Part shown: one piece after another, positions 23,734 to 36,989 of the stretch | Layout: the number at the start of each line of letters is the position of its first letter | Numbering within the stretch: position 1 is the first letter of the stretch | Translations under genes and position numbers: made by a program | Source of the DNA: Rotaria socialis | Lineage: Eukaryota | DNA length: 37,123 bases | Direction: 5' to 3' | Assembly: GCA_905331295.1 (NCBI GenBank) | Contig: CAJNYD010000105.1 | Coordinates: forward strand, 62,001-99,123 | The notes under the pieces: generated by a model | Databases searched by the model: none | The model's input: the letters and a program-made list of their open reading frames with translations, nothing else | Told to the model about the DNA's origin: nothing

Positions 23734-25905
23734 TTAACTCTTCATATAAAGTTTTTCATAGGGAGGCGGTGGCGAATGATCACTGTTAAATTCGTTCATT
23801 GGCTGTGGAGGTGCACTTGGTTGAGGCAACATCGGACGACTTTCTGGTGATTGAACTGCAATAGAACTCCATGGCTGAGGAGCTTGCTGTTGATAGTATT
23901 GTGGTTGATAGCCGGATGGACCTGCGTGTATATAAACTGGTTGCGGAACTTGAATAGTAGTTGGAGCTAGATTTGAAAAGAAATTCAAATTTAATTGTTT
24001 CTTTCTGTTTGAATAGAAATTCTAAATTTACCTTGATTTCTTTTACGGCTGTTTTCACCGCAACAACATTTAACACAAATAAACACTATTGTAATGCAAC
24101 AACATAGCATACACAATAAGATAGTCACCAGTACAACGATGGCCACCTGAAAACAGAAAATATGAATCAAAGTTTTCAAGCTAGAGAGAAAATGCAAAAC
24201 TGGCTCTGACTAAATATAATTTTGATTTTACGACGGAAATGCCGCAGCTGATTAATTGCTTTACGGCCGGAATTGTGTGCATAGGGCGAATTCTAATACG
24301 TTATCAATACCCCGAAGACAGTTCAAGCTCATAGCTTATTACTTTATTATGATATTTCTCAATAGAATACGACAGATTGCCCTAAGGGACACAATAAATG
24401 CTGACTTGAAAATTTAACTTCAAGGCTCTCTTGAGAAAGTTTTCAACAGGATACTTCATCAGAAAATAAATGATCAGCTCCTTTGATATTTTCATGTATG
24501 AAAATATTAAAAAGCAGTGATTTATAAAAGATGCATTTTTGTTATTGCTACGAGATTATTTGAAATTTTCATTTATTTTTAAAATCAAAGCTATTTTTGT
24601 TCAAACTTGTTTCTACGAAATTCCAAAATAACTATTTCACCTGTTCTTAATTAGAGACCTGTGGCATTCTATGCAAAGAAAAGTCAAGGTAAGAACATTG
24701 TATGCCAGCAGTAATCAACTAAGGATCGAACCAGTTTTCAGAGTATTCATGCTCAATTAGCAGCCTTACATGAGCATGCTTCCGGTTCAAAGCGGCTAAT
24801 TGATTAGAACACTCTCCTCCTTCGATATAGTGAAACAATTATTCTTTCCGTTCAAAATCGTGTACCCTAAAAATTCTCATGCAGGTATAAAGCAAGAACG
24901 TCGGTCAGCAAATCAATACTCTACTGGTTCTAGTTTACGAAACATTGATATTTTCATTACCTGTTTGGCCATTCCCAAAATTTCCTCGCCACTAAAAATA
25001 AAACAAGAACAATGATAATTAAAAATACCTCAAAAATACCACAAGCTCTAATACAAATTAATAATATAGCACTTCAACAAATAAATAAAAACTGATTAGT
25101 ATATATATATATATATATACGTATATATCAGCACAAAAAGGTAACGAGTGAAAGAAACAAGCATTGGTGATTAACTTCATTCACTTTAAAATAAAAATTC
25201 ATTCAATCCAGTCACTTTATTTTTTACACACTACATATTTTCTATTTCGCCGTTTTTACTATAAATAACAAAAATTAGTTGTACAACAATTAGAAGAATA
25301 AATAGTTAAGTGAGAGAAGGTATAAAGCAACTTAATATACAGTAGGTACTCATTTTATGAATGTAATATAAAAATACCTTTCCGTATTTTTAATTGCTTT
25401 TGCTATATTCATAAAAATACCAACAGTTTGTACAATTCTATAAATATTGATATACTATATATATATATATCTCATTTTGAAGCTCACAAATGAAAATAGA
25501 AACATAGGAAATTTTTCTCAAGCAATCAACTTACTCCATTATTTGACGACGTTGACGTTGATTTATATTTGACTCTTCAGTTCGTGTATTAAAACGTGTT
25601 ACTCTAGAAGAAGAAGAAATAATAAAAGTAAACTAAGAATTTTTATTGTACCTAATTAATGTTCGTTCAGTTGTTGTCTGCCAAGATTCTTCATGAGAAT
25701 GATTTAAAATCGCGTTACTGTTCGGTTCATGTTCAGCAACATCAATATCTGAAATAAGACAACAGCAAATCAATAGAACAACACAACTTTATTTTGTTCT
25801 CTTACGGATTCTTGACTGTTGAAGACTGTTGACATTACTATCTTTTTGAGCGTTTATTAAAACAAATAGAAGGTTAAGTGAGAACGTTAAACCATATAGA
25901 AGCAT
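23734..25905 (-). CDS. Uncharacterised type-I membrane protein with signal peptide, RQRR site, Cys-rich TM and Pro/Gln-rich PPPPY tail (7 exons, 238 aa)
   Basis: Exons 25905-25806, 25748-25652, 25603-25535, 25437-25378, 25071-25029, 24146-24032 and 23966-23734. All are GT-AG with matching phases, total 717 nt. The TM/tail layout resembles Shisa-like/WBP1/VOPP1 PY adaptors. Confidence 0.82.
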
Positions 25906-26269
25906 TCTGAATAAAATATACTATTAAATAATAATAACAAAAATTTTTTCATTCATCATCATTATTCATCCGCTCATGAGTCATGAAAATTCGATTAAAT
26001 AACCAATCGGCCGAATTCAGAGAAAGATGGCGGTAAGGTTAGAACTCAAGATAGATGACAACGTAGAAACACTGTTAAATCATTTGTAAGTAATTTACTA
26101 TGTTTTGAGTTTTCAGACAGATGCTTTGTCATATTAACTTTTTTTTAATAGAAGCGCAAAATAAAAATAACAAGACGACAGAATGCACATAAAAATATCT
26201 TATCTATTTCACAGACAATGGCGTCGAATGAGATATCTAAATAGTTTTTCGTATTAAAGATTACTTGGT

Positions 26270-26464
26270 CCCTGGCCACTCAATCTTTGTTTCCGGATTC
26301 CGATCAAATCTGACAAGATCTCGTCGAATCTAACCAGTATTTGATCGGAATCCGGTGATATCCTGGAGTCGGTTTCTGGGAGCAAGAATTCCGGCAACTA
26401 TTGACGGGAGCCGATCGGCATTTTATGAATCCGACAGGATCCTGGTGATCGTGAGTGCCTTGGG
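26270..26464. mobile_element. Short decayed CCC...GGG MITE (CMC/EnSpm-like)
   Basis: Termini CCCTGGCCACTCA and (reverse complement) CCCAAGGCACTCA. GC-rich with repeated CCGG/ATCCG motifs and an internal inverted repeat CCGGATTCCGATCAAAT/ATTTGATCGGAATCCGG. Flanks are GT/GG. Confidence 0.65.
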
Positions 26465-28240
26465 GGGCTGTAAAAGATCGACTTTTTTTTTTTATAAAAC
26501 GCTGATCTCAAAGGCAATGATTTCCTATTTTTGAAAATATTTTTATGATGTTTTTCATTGACATGAATAGACATGAAATAATAGTTGAAAGCGATCTCAT
26601 GGCTTATTAAGTGACGTAATCACTTTGCCAATAAATATATAGAATTGTTTAAAGATACCTTTTATTGATTTGATTAGAACTATAAACTCTGCATGACATA
26701 GAACACAAATGCTCTCAGAAAGACAATGATGGTTGCCGTAGGTCAATATAATATTTGTTCAAGAAAATCAAAAGAATCCGAATAATCATAGACGGATTGC
26801 TTATTTTTAATAATGTTATATTGCTACACATTGAAATAAGAAAAAGTATTAACCATCCGCTTTAATATTTTGAATTGTAACGGTTATTGAAATTTACTCT
26901 GGCAACGAAAGTGAAATCAGAATTTTTATTTATTTTTGAAGATTATAACACTTGATGTTGTTCTACAAATTTTAGACTACCATGCTTCCAATTAGAAATG
27001 GACAAGAACATTCGACTATGGCGCAGCGTAATGAATACAATAGCTATTCGACATACTATTCTAAGATTTACATCCAATCGGTAAAATTGCATATTATAGA
27101 AACTAATGGCATACTTTAATACTTTCATGTTAACTAATACTTCCATTCTAATTTTGATAGCCTTCAATACAAACAGTTGTATAATAGAAGTATTAATAAT
27201 TAAATCGATTCTCTTATCTATATATTGACAAGGACCGAGCTCGCTGTTACATTGTCTATGTTAAACACTTAATCATTCATTATCATAGATATCGATTTGC
27301 CTGCATTGATTTGCTTCTCGTCTATATCGTGTTATAAATGACACTTCAATATTATTTTATAAATAATTGTCTTATATTCAATATTTGCATTACTCTTTGA
27401 ATAATTTAAAAGGTTAAGTACAGTCTTTACGAAGTAACATTCTTTTAGATAAAAGTATGAAATGTTAAAATGCTTAGTTCTATGATTAGAAGAAGGTGAA
27501 GAAAAAAAAAGAATTTGTTTGTTCACTGCATTAGTTAGTTACTTAATGTTGACTATCATTAATTTGGCAAATTTTGATTTTTAATAAATTAACCAAGTGT
27601 ACTTGTTCTTGTATAGAATTGAGGAGAGAAAAAAAACAGTAAAGGTTATTTTAGATTATGAATAATTTAAGATGAATAGACGATTTTCGTTGTACATTTT
27701 ATTGCTGACACGTCCATTTAAATAGGCTAGATCTCAACTCATCTATCTAATGTTGTCTGTTCAGAACAATAGATTGAACAGTGTCTCTACTGATATAGTG
27801 TAATGATGAGTAACAACCTACATTGATAATATCTGTCAAACGAATGCACTTTTTTTGTTAATAACCTTATACTGTCCCAAAGTGTATTTTTAAATGATCC
27901 AATGTGTCACATGGGACGAGTTTGTAAAATGATTAGAAAATCCTATGATGAACTTTAAATAACAAAAATGAACACTTAGTTTCTCTAAAAGAATTATTTT
28001 TATAAAAGTTTTTGAATTGCACATAAAAAGATTGCTGATGAAATAAAAGAATCATTTATTTTCGAAATGTACACGTATTGCTTTGAAAAATAGGCCAATG
28101 TTATATGATTTTTTGATTATGTCTCAATGAAATTCGTATTCATCTTTGTTTCTTTTCAAAAGAACAAACACAAAACAACAATACACAATAAAAAAAAAAG
28201 AAAAGAAGTAAATTCTGAGATGTTTTTTTATATATGTTGA

Positions 28241-29621
28241 CTATCGTAAATCGGAAAAGGAAGGTGACGCATTCGCTTTATTTAATTGAAAAAGCCATTT
28301 AATAATTCTTGCATTGCGTTCAATCACAGTTACGGATGTTGATGGTACAACTGTTCTTTTTATATTTGACAAACTATTAGTACTATCAAGTGTTGTTTGA
28401 TCCGAAAACGACAATAGACTAACACTTTCAAATGCAGCACAATCGGAAGATTTTGTCGTTGAATTTGGAGTCGATATTGAATGTATGGAAGATCGTAATG
28501 AAAGATCTAGAGAATCTAATCGAAATCGATCATCTTCATATTCGTCATAATTATAAGGAGAGCGACGTGGTTGTCTAAGATCAAGAAGAGAAGAAGAAAA
28601 AAATATCATAGATAAATGATTTAATTGTCGTAAACGTAAAACAAAAAAGTAACATACGCCATTCGAAATGAGGGCGTCACTCGTTCTTGATGTTGTTCAT
28701 TTAATGTCTTATTACTTCGAAGCGTTTGTCGATTACGTAAAACTTCTTGACTTTTGACAAAAAATGCTTTCGTTTCATCTAATAGTTCTGTTGCTGAACG
28801 ATGTGAACACTGTTCTATTGATGTAAAATAGAATATGTTAAGTTAATTAAATCACCTTTTCTTTTCGTTCAACAGTATGTTACATGTATATGAAAAATTA
28901 TTATCATAACAAAATCAATTACGGTATCATTTATAACTGTTATGAAGTAAATGGCTTTCTATCGTAAACTCTTCGATGATTTATGACTTAGACAAGGTTA
29001 TATGACATTTAACAAACATGATCATTACAATGACACGAAGATTTTGCCTGCTTCTGTCATTCGTTTTAATGATATGATTTAAACGACATCTTATTACATC
29101 ATCTGTCTGGATCAGATGAGTGTCAAAATGAATATTTGACTCATCCGATAATCAGTCGCGTCAATTTCTGTTGTTCTTTAGTCTATTTTTTTGTTGTAAA
29201 GTTGTTGATCGGATGAAAGATAAGTGAGACGACAGATCATTTGGAAATGATGATGACTATCCGTTGATAAACATGTTTGCTTCATTAACATTTCTCATGT
29301 AAATATGAACGACCTAATCATTGCTTTGCGCAAATCTCCTGTCTCATCGTAATCAATACGCAACAAAACGTTGTTAGAACGAAAGGAAATAAAATAACGA
29401 ACAGCTATTTGATCCATACCGACTACTTGAAAAATGAAACTTGGTGTAGCTCGGATTAACTTCAAATTAAAATCGAAAAACTTACTTGAAGTAGATGCTG
29501 CAGTTGTTGACCGGAGACGCTCTAGTTTAACGTAGAATTCATCATTTCTTGTTTTATCACTATTGTTCATAAGTTGAGGCCGTCGTCTATCGATATAGTG
29601 ATGCTGCTGATATTGTTGCAT
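28241..29621 (-). CDS. FAM110: FAM110 family centrosome/spindle-associated protein (3 exons, 208 aa)
   Basis: Exons 29621-29486, 28814-28658 and 28574-28241 (627 nt). N-terminal motif RSATELLDETKAFFVKSQEV (compare SAVERLEADKAKYVKSQQV) and C-terminal motif VIERNARIIKWLF. Confidence 0.9.
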
Positions 29622-32088
29622 CGTCGTCTTATTAGATGTATGTACGTACGTATGTATGTGCTCAGTCGTTCGTCGCTCACACTTAGTACGCTTTCTATTC
29701 ACCGACGATGTTTGGAGTATAATGAGAAAAGTGACTACGAACGGGCAAGAAGAAGTGAGAGAAGGAGACGATGAGGAAAGTAGGACAATAAGAGAGCAAG
29801 GGAGAAAGGAGAAAAATTGTTCAACCCTAAGAAAAAGAGAAAGCAAGGCTGATGAAGTAGCTGACTGTACGTGTCTACCTTGAATTCAGAAATATGTTAA
29901 ACAAGAGAAAGAAGATAACCTTGCCTTAAGAAGTTCAAAGCACGGAAGAAGAATCAGACCGGTCCTCTTCCTGTTTCTATTACATAATCTCTTATTTATA
30001 AAGTTCAACTTATGATACATGTCACTGACTGACTTCGATATTGAACAGTATCATCTGTTTTGAATGTTTATATATATATATATATATTATATGCCTGACT
30101 ATTCATCATTTTAATCGCCAATTTTATCGTTGCGTGTTTAGTAAGCATTCATGTCCCAGTGAAACAGAGGCACATTGTGTGGGCGTTAATCATTTGGCTA
30201 TTTTTCAAAGTTCACTTCTTTCTATAATTGCTATTTACTACTATCTTATTTCTAGTGAATGGAATGGTCAAATCAGGAGTACTGTACAATAAAACAAGGT
30301 AAATAGTCGGCTGAGCATATTTGACTATGGCATGTAAAACGAAGACTTTTATAGTTTACAAGTTCAACTACTAAATAGAATACACATTGATGACTGTCGC
30401 TTAAGTGTGAACAAAGAAGTGAAAACAACAAAAAGAAAAGAAAAAGAATCGCGTAACTTTGATCGAATCAATGATGTGTGAGTTATTGTTATACAAGCTG
30501 CAGGTGGCTACAAAATGAATTGAAGATGTGTTTTTATAAGCAATATCGTCTCTAGACATTGTTAACATATATCATATTACTTTTTGACATTTTTTTACGT
30601 GATTCATTTAGATAAACTGTCTACGATAAGTGGCAATTGAATAATAATAAAAAAGAAAGAAGCAAAAAATATAATCAGTTCAAATAAAATAACATGAAGC
30701 AAACAATTAGAGCGCATGTTACATGAACAAATGTAATAGAGCTTTGCATACATGAAAATGTGGCTAGATGTGTTAGAATAATAGCTGCAAGGAGTATTAT
30801 GCATATACAATATTGAAAGAAAAATGTCAAATTTTATTCTTCGAGCGACGAAAAGTCATATCAATTTGAATGTAATTTTTTCTTCTTCTATCACAATCAA
30901 TTTTAAAAACTCACAACCAATATCTATATCCGATTAATGATAATAAGAAAAAATATGATATAACTAGATAGTTGAACATTCTAGAATTTTTCTGGTATCA
31001 AGTGTCAATTTGTCATTTGGCATACAGAATACAAGTAGATGTCGTGGTCATGTTTTTCGTCGGAAGTTTCATGACATTGATACTTTTCAAATAGGTTTGA
31101 GCACAAAAAATAGTATGGAAAAATTCATTGTGAATTCTTTTCTTTTGATCAAAGTTTATATTTCTAGTGAAGAAAAAAAACCAAAATTGATATTAACTCG
31201 CCCTAAAGATCTTTTTTTTCAAAGAAATACCTTACTCATTAATATTTATAAAATTCTTTTATATTATCACGTGCATTATTCATCAAAAAAAAAGACAAAT
31301 ATAGTAGATCATTATTTTTGACATTCAATTAGATAATTTATCATAAGGGACAGCCTTGAAATCCTCTTTCATATTTGGCAACTTTTTGTATTTTTCACAG
31401 CTGCCATTTCATCCTTTCGTTTTTAATCTGTATTAGAAGATTAACAGTAAACATATTTGTCTATTTACTAATGAGTTCATGTTTAAAAATGAAAATTTCA
31501 TCACACAATCTATGCCAGAAAGAAGTAATGAACCGAGAAATTTATGTTTTTCGATGCAATATGCTTTGTTTTGGCGATTGAAAATAAATCCTGTATTTGA
31601 CACTTTTAGCGATCAACGACGCAGTTGACTACGAGAGTAAATTTAATTATCAGGAATTCAGAATTGTAATACACATTAATCTTTTTGAATACGATATATT
31701 GATAGAGAATGACAGAAGAAATTTAAATTATTAATTTGAAGTCTTTTTTCTTGATTATATAAGTACATTATATTGTTTAATAACTAAAGTGACGAAATAT
31801 TCTTAGAAATAGAAATAGAAAAAGAGAATCTAGAAGAACACTAAAAGGTCTTTTTTTGAGCAATTTATTTTGTATCAGTACCTACTTGCAAGATCAAGAA
31901 TTCTTCTTCTTCTTCGAGAAAAAACCTGAAGATCAAATTGCTTCTTCATTTTTTCTTTCAAGGATTAATTTGGAATCGATATGACTGTTTTCTATGGATA
32001 CAGTGGATGGCGAAGTTATTTAACACGATGTTTGTTTTTAATATTTTCTTAGATAAGTTAAGCCATGGAAAAACCTAGAATCTAGAAT

Positions 32089-32092
<4 letters not shown>

Positions 32093-32130
<38 letters not shown>
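32093..32130 (+). repeat. (GA)n microsatellite
   Basis: Perfect GA dinucleotide run. Shorter GA/CT runs lie near 2034, 7040 and 22284. Confidence 0.9.
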
Positions 32131-32135
<5 letters not shown>

Positions 32136-32943
32136 CTCTACAAAATTACATGCCTCTTAGCTTCTTACGACAGTTTTTAGCTCAGACACTGTTATCTGAT
32201 CGAACGTTTTTCTGTAGGAAATAGGAAAAACTACTTGTGAGGCTTCTTTAATATTGATATATGTCAGCCAAAAAGTTTCATCGATTTCTGTAGTCTGAGT
32301 AAATGCTCATATACATATTTTATTTTTATTTTATTTTGCTAATAGTCGTAATCTTTATATTTATTTAACAACCACTATTATTTGCTCTATAGCGCTTTTC
32401 AAAGCGAAGTCCCAGATTGCGTTTATAAATTTTCCGTTATTTTTAGCAGTTGCGACCGTAGGAAGGAATTAGAAATAAATTTTATTAAACAAATTTATTC
32501 ATTACTTTTATATATATATATATATTTATCTACACAATCTTTGGCTAATAAATGACAAAGAGAGAATTAAAAAAAAGGAAAAATAATTTTTTTTCTTCTT
32601 TGTCCTGTCTATGGAATACTTAGACAACAATATAAAAAAAAGGTTAATATTCGCATAGTCAGAAAATATCGTGTCATAAGAGGAAAAAAAAGTAGTAGAA
32701 AAAACAACAGATAAGCAGGATCTATTAGGATGTAAGAGGAAAAACTTGATAACAGACATAGACTAAATGATTTTCAATGATTGAATGAATTAGAAAGGAA
32801 ACGCATACATAAAATATTCACAAGTGAGTACATGGTGAAAATTAGCACAATGAAACACTTCCGACATTTGTTTCTTGTTATTTTTCATAATTAAAAATAG
32901 CCTTCTTTTTTTTCTACCATGCTTAAATCATTTAGAGAAAAAA

Positions 32944-34627
32944 ATGCGTGCAACAAAGAGAGTTAAATTTGTTGATTCATCAACAAATTATAATGATGCT
33001 CATGTTATTCTAAATGTTGGTGGAGTGAGATTTGAAACTCAACGCACCACATTAAAAAAATTGCCAGCTACACGTCTTTCAAAATTAACTCCACAATTAT
33101 CTTTTTATGATCCGGTATTAAATGAATATTATTTTGATCGACATCCGGGTGTATTTTCTCAAATACTTAATTATTATCGTACAGGAAAACTTCATTATCC
33201 AACAAATGTCTGTGGGCCATTATTTGAAGATGAACTTTCCTATTGGGGAATACAACGCGAAGAAGTTGAACCTTGTTGTTGGTAAACGAGAATTTAAATG
33301 AAAAAGAAAATGAACCGTTTTGTTATTGTATGTAGGATGACATATACAAAACATCGATCAACACAAGAAACCCTTCAAACACTTGATTCCCTAGGATTGG
33401 ATACTGTACGATCAAATATGATTGATCTGATTAAAAAGTTTGATTGGGAAAATGATTTACATTTCATGACAACAGGTCAATTACCATTAGCGAAACGTAT
33501 TAGATTGATAACATGGCAATTGTTTGAGGAGTCGAGATCATCAATAATAGCGAAAGTAAACGAAAATTTTTTCTTGTTCTTTACTGAAATGAATTATTAA
33601 AAATTGTAGATTATTGCATTCATATCGATGTTATTTATTCTTTTATCTATAACAACTTTTGTTCTTCGTACATTAACAATATTTGAAGTAGCCGAATATC
33701 ATTTTGTTGATGTTTATATTGGTGACAATTCAACTGAAAAAACACCTGTACAGAGCACTGAACGAATAAAAATAGTTGACGGTTTTGAAATAATTGAATG
33801 GATTTGTAAGATTATAAAAAAAATTTCAAGAAACAATATTGAATGAATGAATTTCGATAGACTAGAATAAGATATTCTCTCATTCTAGGTAATTCTTGGT
33901 TTGCATTCGAAATTGTTCTACGATTTATTCTTGCTCCATCAAAACGAGCATTTTGTGTGTCAATACTGAATTGGATTGGTAAGAAAAATTCTCTCTAATT
34001 GTTATATTTAAATTTTACAAAAACAAATGAAAATTTCTAATAGATTTTCTTGGTACATTCTTTTTCTTTTTTACTTACATATTATATAATGTATTCAATT
34101 ATGATGGTCATCAAGCACCATTAGATCTTCTATCAACAATAAGTGTTGCACGTATGTTTAAATTAATTAATCTACATCCACGTTTAAAAATTATAACAAT
34201 ATCCATATCGAATTCATCGAGATTATTAGTATTATCAATGTACTTTTGTTTTGTTGTTATTTTGATAGCTGGTGCAGCATTGTACTATGCTGAACGTATA
34301 AGTAATATGTCGAAAAGTCAAATTATATCAGTTATGGATGGCATATGGCTTGCATTAACAACAGTGACTACAGTTGGTTATGGTGATATTGTACCGAAAT
34401 CACTTTTTGGTATGATACTTGGTGCAATAACAACAATATTTGGTGTATTGATTATTGATTTACCAATGCCAATTATTAATGAAATATTTGATAATTTTAA
34501 TAGACATTTATTAGCTCGACAACAACTGCCTAAACAACGCCGACGTGTAACACAGGTGGCTATACCAAGAAAAATTAAACCATTTATTCCAACCAACGGA
34601 AATGTACATCATCAACATAAGACTTGA
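32944..34627 (+). CDS. KCNC: Shaw/Kv3-family potassium channel subunit with divergent S4 and S6 (5 coding exons, 475 aa)
   Basis: Exons 32944-33281, 33336-33555, 33610-33805, 33889-33978 and 34044-34627 (1428 nt). T1 domain [10 protein letters not shown]...PATRLS...[40 protein letters not shown]...VEPCCW is Shaw-type with the Zn motif. Six TM segments and filter TTVGYGD. Probable 5' UTR intron at 32824-32935. Confidence 0.95.
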
Positions 34628-35394
34628 GGTTTTTCTGCATTTTTTACGTCAAAATTTGTCACTACTGACAAGTCTAAACATTGTTAACGTTTAATGCATG
34701 GTTGATATTATAAAAGATCTAAATGAGTTTCTACTTGAAATCAACGTCATTCATTTCTTTTTAGTTTTAAAATTTTGAGTTGTTTTGTTTAACAAGATTT
34801 TTTTTCAGCATGATCACATCTAATTCTTCAAGTTCAATTAACCATTACAGTAAAATTACGTATTGTATATGCAGATTTGTTGTTATAAACGCCTAAGAAT
34901 ACACATATTTTACTTCTAAGTATAAGTAAAGGCTAAATTTATTAATTTAGTAAGAAAATAAGAGAAAGAAACCAATATCAATGATAACCCGTAGCACGTT
35001 TTAATAAAATTCTTAAAATATTCACATCAAAGAAACCGGTGAGTGATGCAAAGTTTTATTTCCGTTACGTATTATCTAAGGAAGCCGACATGACTGAGTG
35101 GATATGTTGTTCGACACATATTCACAATATACTGTGTTCAAATCTCAGTATCACCAGTTATGTAATGACCCTGGTCAAATCACTAACAGCTACTTGTCTC
35201 GGATGACTCATCCGATAGTGTATTGATTGCATCGCTAGTCAATATGCAGAGCCAAAAACAACCCCATCATAGATGTCACAATCACGAGATACTTATGATA
35301 ATCGCCAACCCATATGGCAGAAGCGTTAAATGGAAAGGAGTACAGATACCATTGTCTGTAAAAAGAAAAAGACGAAAGAAACCAGCGCACGTGA

Positions 35395-36500
35395 ACCCCA
35401 GCGCTGACCCCAACGGGCGATAAGCCTATGGGATAAGGGGGAAGGTGCAGGTTTGGAACCCCCAGCAAGCACCTCAGCACCTTTTCAGCACATTCAGCAC
35501 CTTTTTTATAGTGAGATTTACTTCAGTCGTATGGAAATGAATCGGAAAAACTACCTTCATTTTCAATAGTAGAGGTGAATTTTTTCTTGAATTATTCACA
35601 GAATCTGAATGAGAATTATTTCAGAATAGAAAAGCCAACAGAAAAAGAAAAACATTCTTCGAAAGTAACTGTATCAAATTGCAAAATGATTTATCAAAAA
35701 GTTTGATCCTTCTTTTATTAGTGTGAGAACTAAAACTGAGCTCTGATTATTTTTCAGAAGTTTATTTTTCATTTTATCANATAAAATACACAACAAAATT
35801 GTGGAAAATAATCCAAATTCAATGATGATTTTCAACACAAAATTCAGTTATTTGCCCAAGTAGCCTAGAAGATTCTTCTTCACTTCGAAGTTCATTAATT
35901 TGATTAATAACAGCACTGGTCAAGGTATGCGCTTTGCCAAAATCAACGAATTTAACTAGAATAATTATAGAAAAAGGAATACCACTCTCAAACAGGCATT
36001 TCTAACATTGTAACTAACAGTAAATAAAAAACAGAAATCTTAGAAATTTTCATATTTTTTCCGGGTGGTAGGGCGGCGCCCTATCATGCCCGCCCCTGGT
36101 TACGCCACTACAGTCACACTATCAGCTCAGTACATTTCCTTTCCGAAAATAGATGTCGCTATATTCACCACGCTTATATGCTATCGTTCTTGCTGGACTT
36201 GGACAAATAAATGTTAACCAAAGTTGTTGATTGTTTTGAAGAATGGGCGAGGCTAAAAATTTGATAGAAAATATCTCATCTTATTTTTCGGCAAAGATTA
36301 GATGATAAACGTTAAATTCACGAATTTTCTGAGATTTTGTTAACAGAATGTGCTTTTCTTTGGTTTTCTGCCAGAAATTATTATAAAGCTTTCAAGAATC
36401 TGGTAAATAGTATAAGAAGATTTCTCAAAAAGTTTGACAGGTTTTCAATATTTAGAAGGGATTAGCTCTTCGGATCCCCTTCCTAATCGATAAGCCTGAT
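35395..36500. mobile_element. Patchwork of decayed hAT-like DNA transposon ends
   Basis: GC-rich islands in AT-rich DNA: four CAGCACCT-like repeats (35463-35502), CCCCTGGTTACGCCACT (about 36093-36109, resembling an hAT terminus) and a G/C-run end at about 36457-36498. No TSD or transposase found. Confidence 0.4.
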
Positions 36501-36630
36501 AATAACATTTACATCAAAGATCCATAAATTACTTTCGTTAGATATTTTACTTCATAATTGATAATCGATACTTAGCAACTTGAGCTTGGAAGTTTATTGA
36601 CGTCATTGAATAAAATCTCTAATTAGCTTA

Positions 36631-36948
36631 CACGTGAATACATTTAAAATTAACGAACTTAAATAAATGAGAGTTCGTTAAAAACCTAAATTTTCATGAA
36701 AGCGCGGTAAATTATTTCACGCGTGAAAACAGATACGAGTTTTCATGATATTTAACGCGTTATTAACTGTTAAAAAGTCATTAACGCATGAAAAACCGTG
36801 AAAAATCTAACGCATTTTCACGAGTTTGTGGAAGATAACGAAACTTCATGAATTGGTTTTCATTAAACCTCGTTAATTTTTGATTTAACAGTTTTTTTTG
36901 TTAATTTTGAAAATCAATTCGTTAAATGCCTATCTATTTTTACATGGG
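36631..36948. mobile_element. Decayed MITE-like repeat with dense TTAACG/TTCA(C/T)G motifs
   Basis: Many short repeats in both orientations. The right end TTTTTACATGGG only weakly matches the left end CACGTGAATACAT. Confidence 0.5.
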
Positions 36949-36989
36949 CACAAAATAAACAAAATGGAAAATGCACAAAAACAAGTTTC

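Noticed and set aside
29295..29883. 183-aa ORF and opposite-strand ORFs at the FAM110 5' end
   Set aside because: Only 29621-29486 fits the spliced gene. The rest is UTR or intron read-through.
35780..35780. Single ambiguous base n
   Set aside because: An assembly ambiguity or possible join rather than a feature. It weakens any structure inferred across 35395-36500.
36640..36930. Short repeats as a CRISPR-like array
   Set aside because: No constant repeat-spacer period, mixed orientations, and a eukaryotic context.
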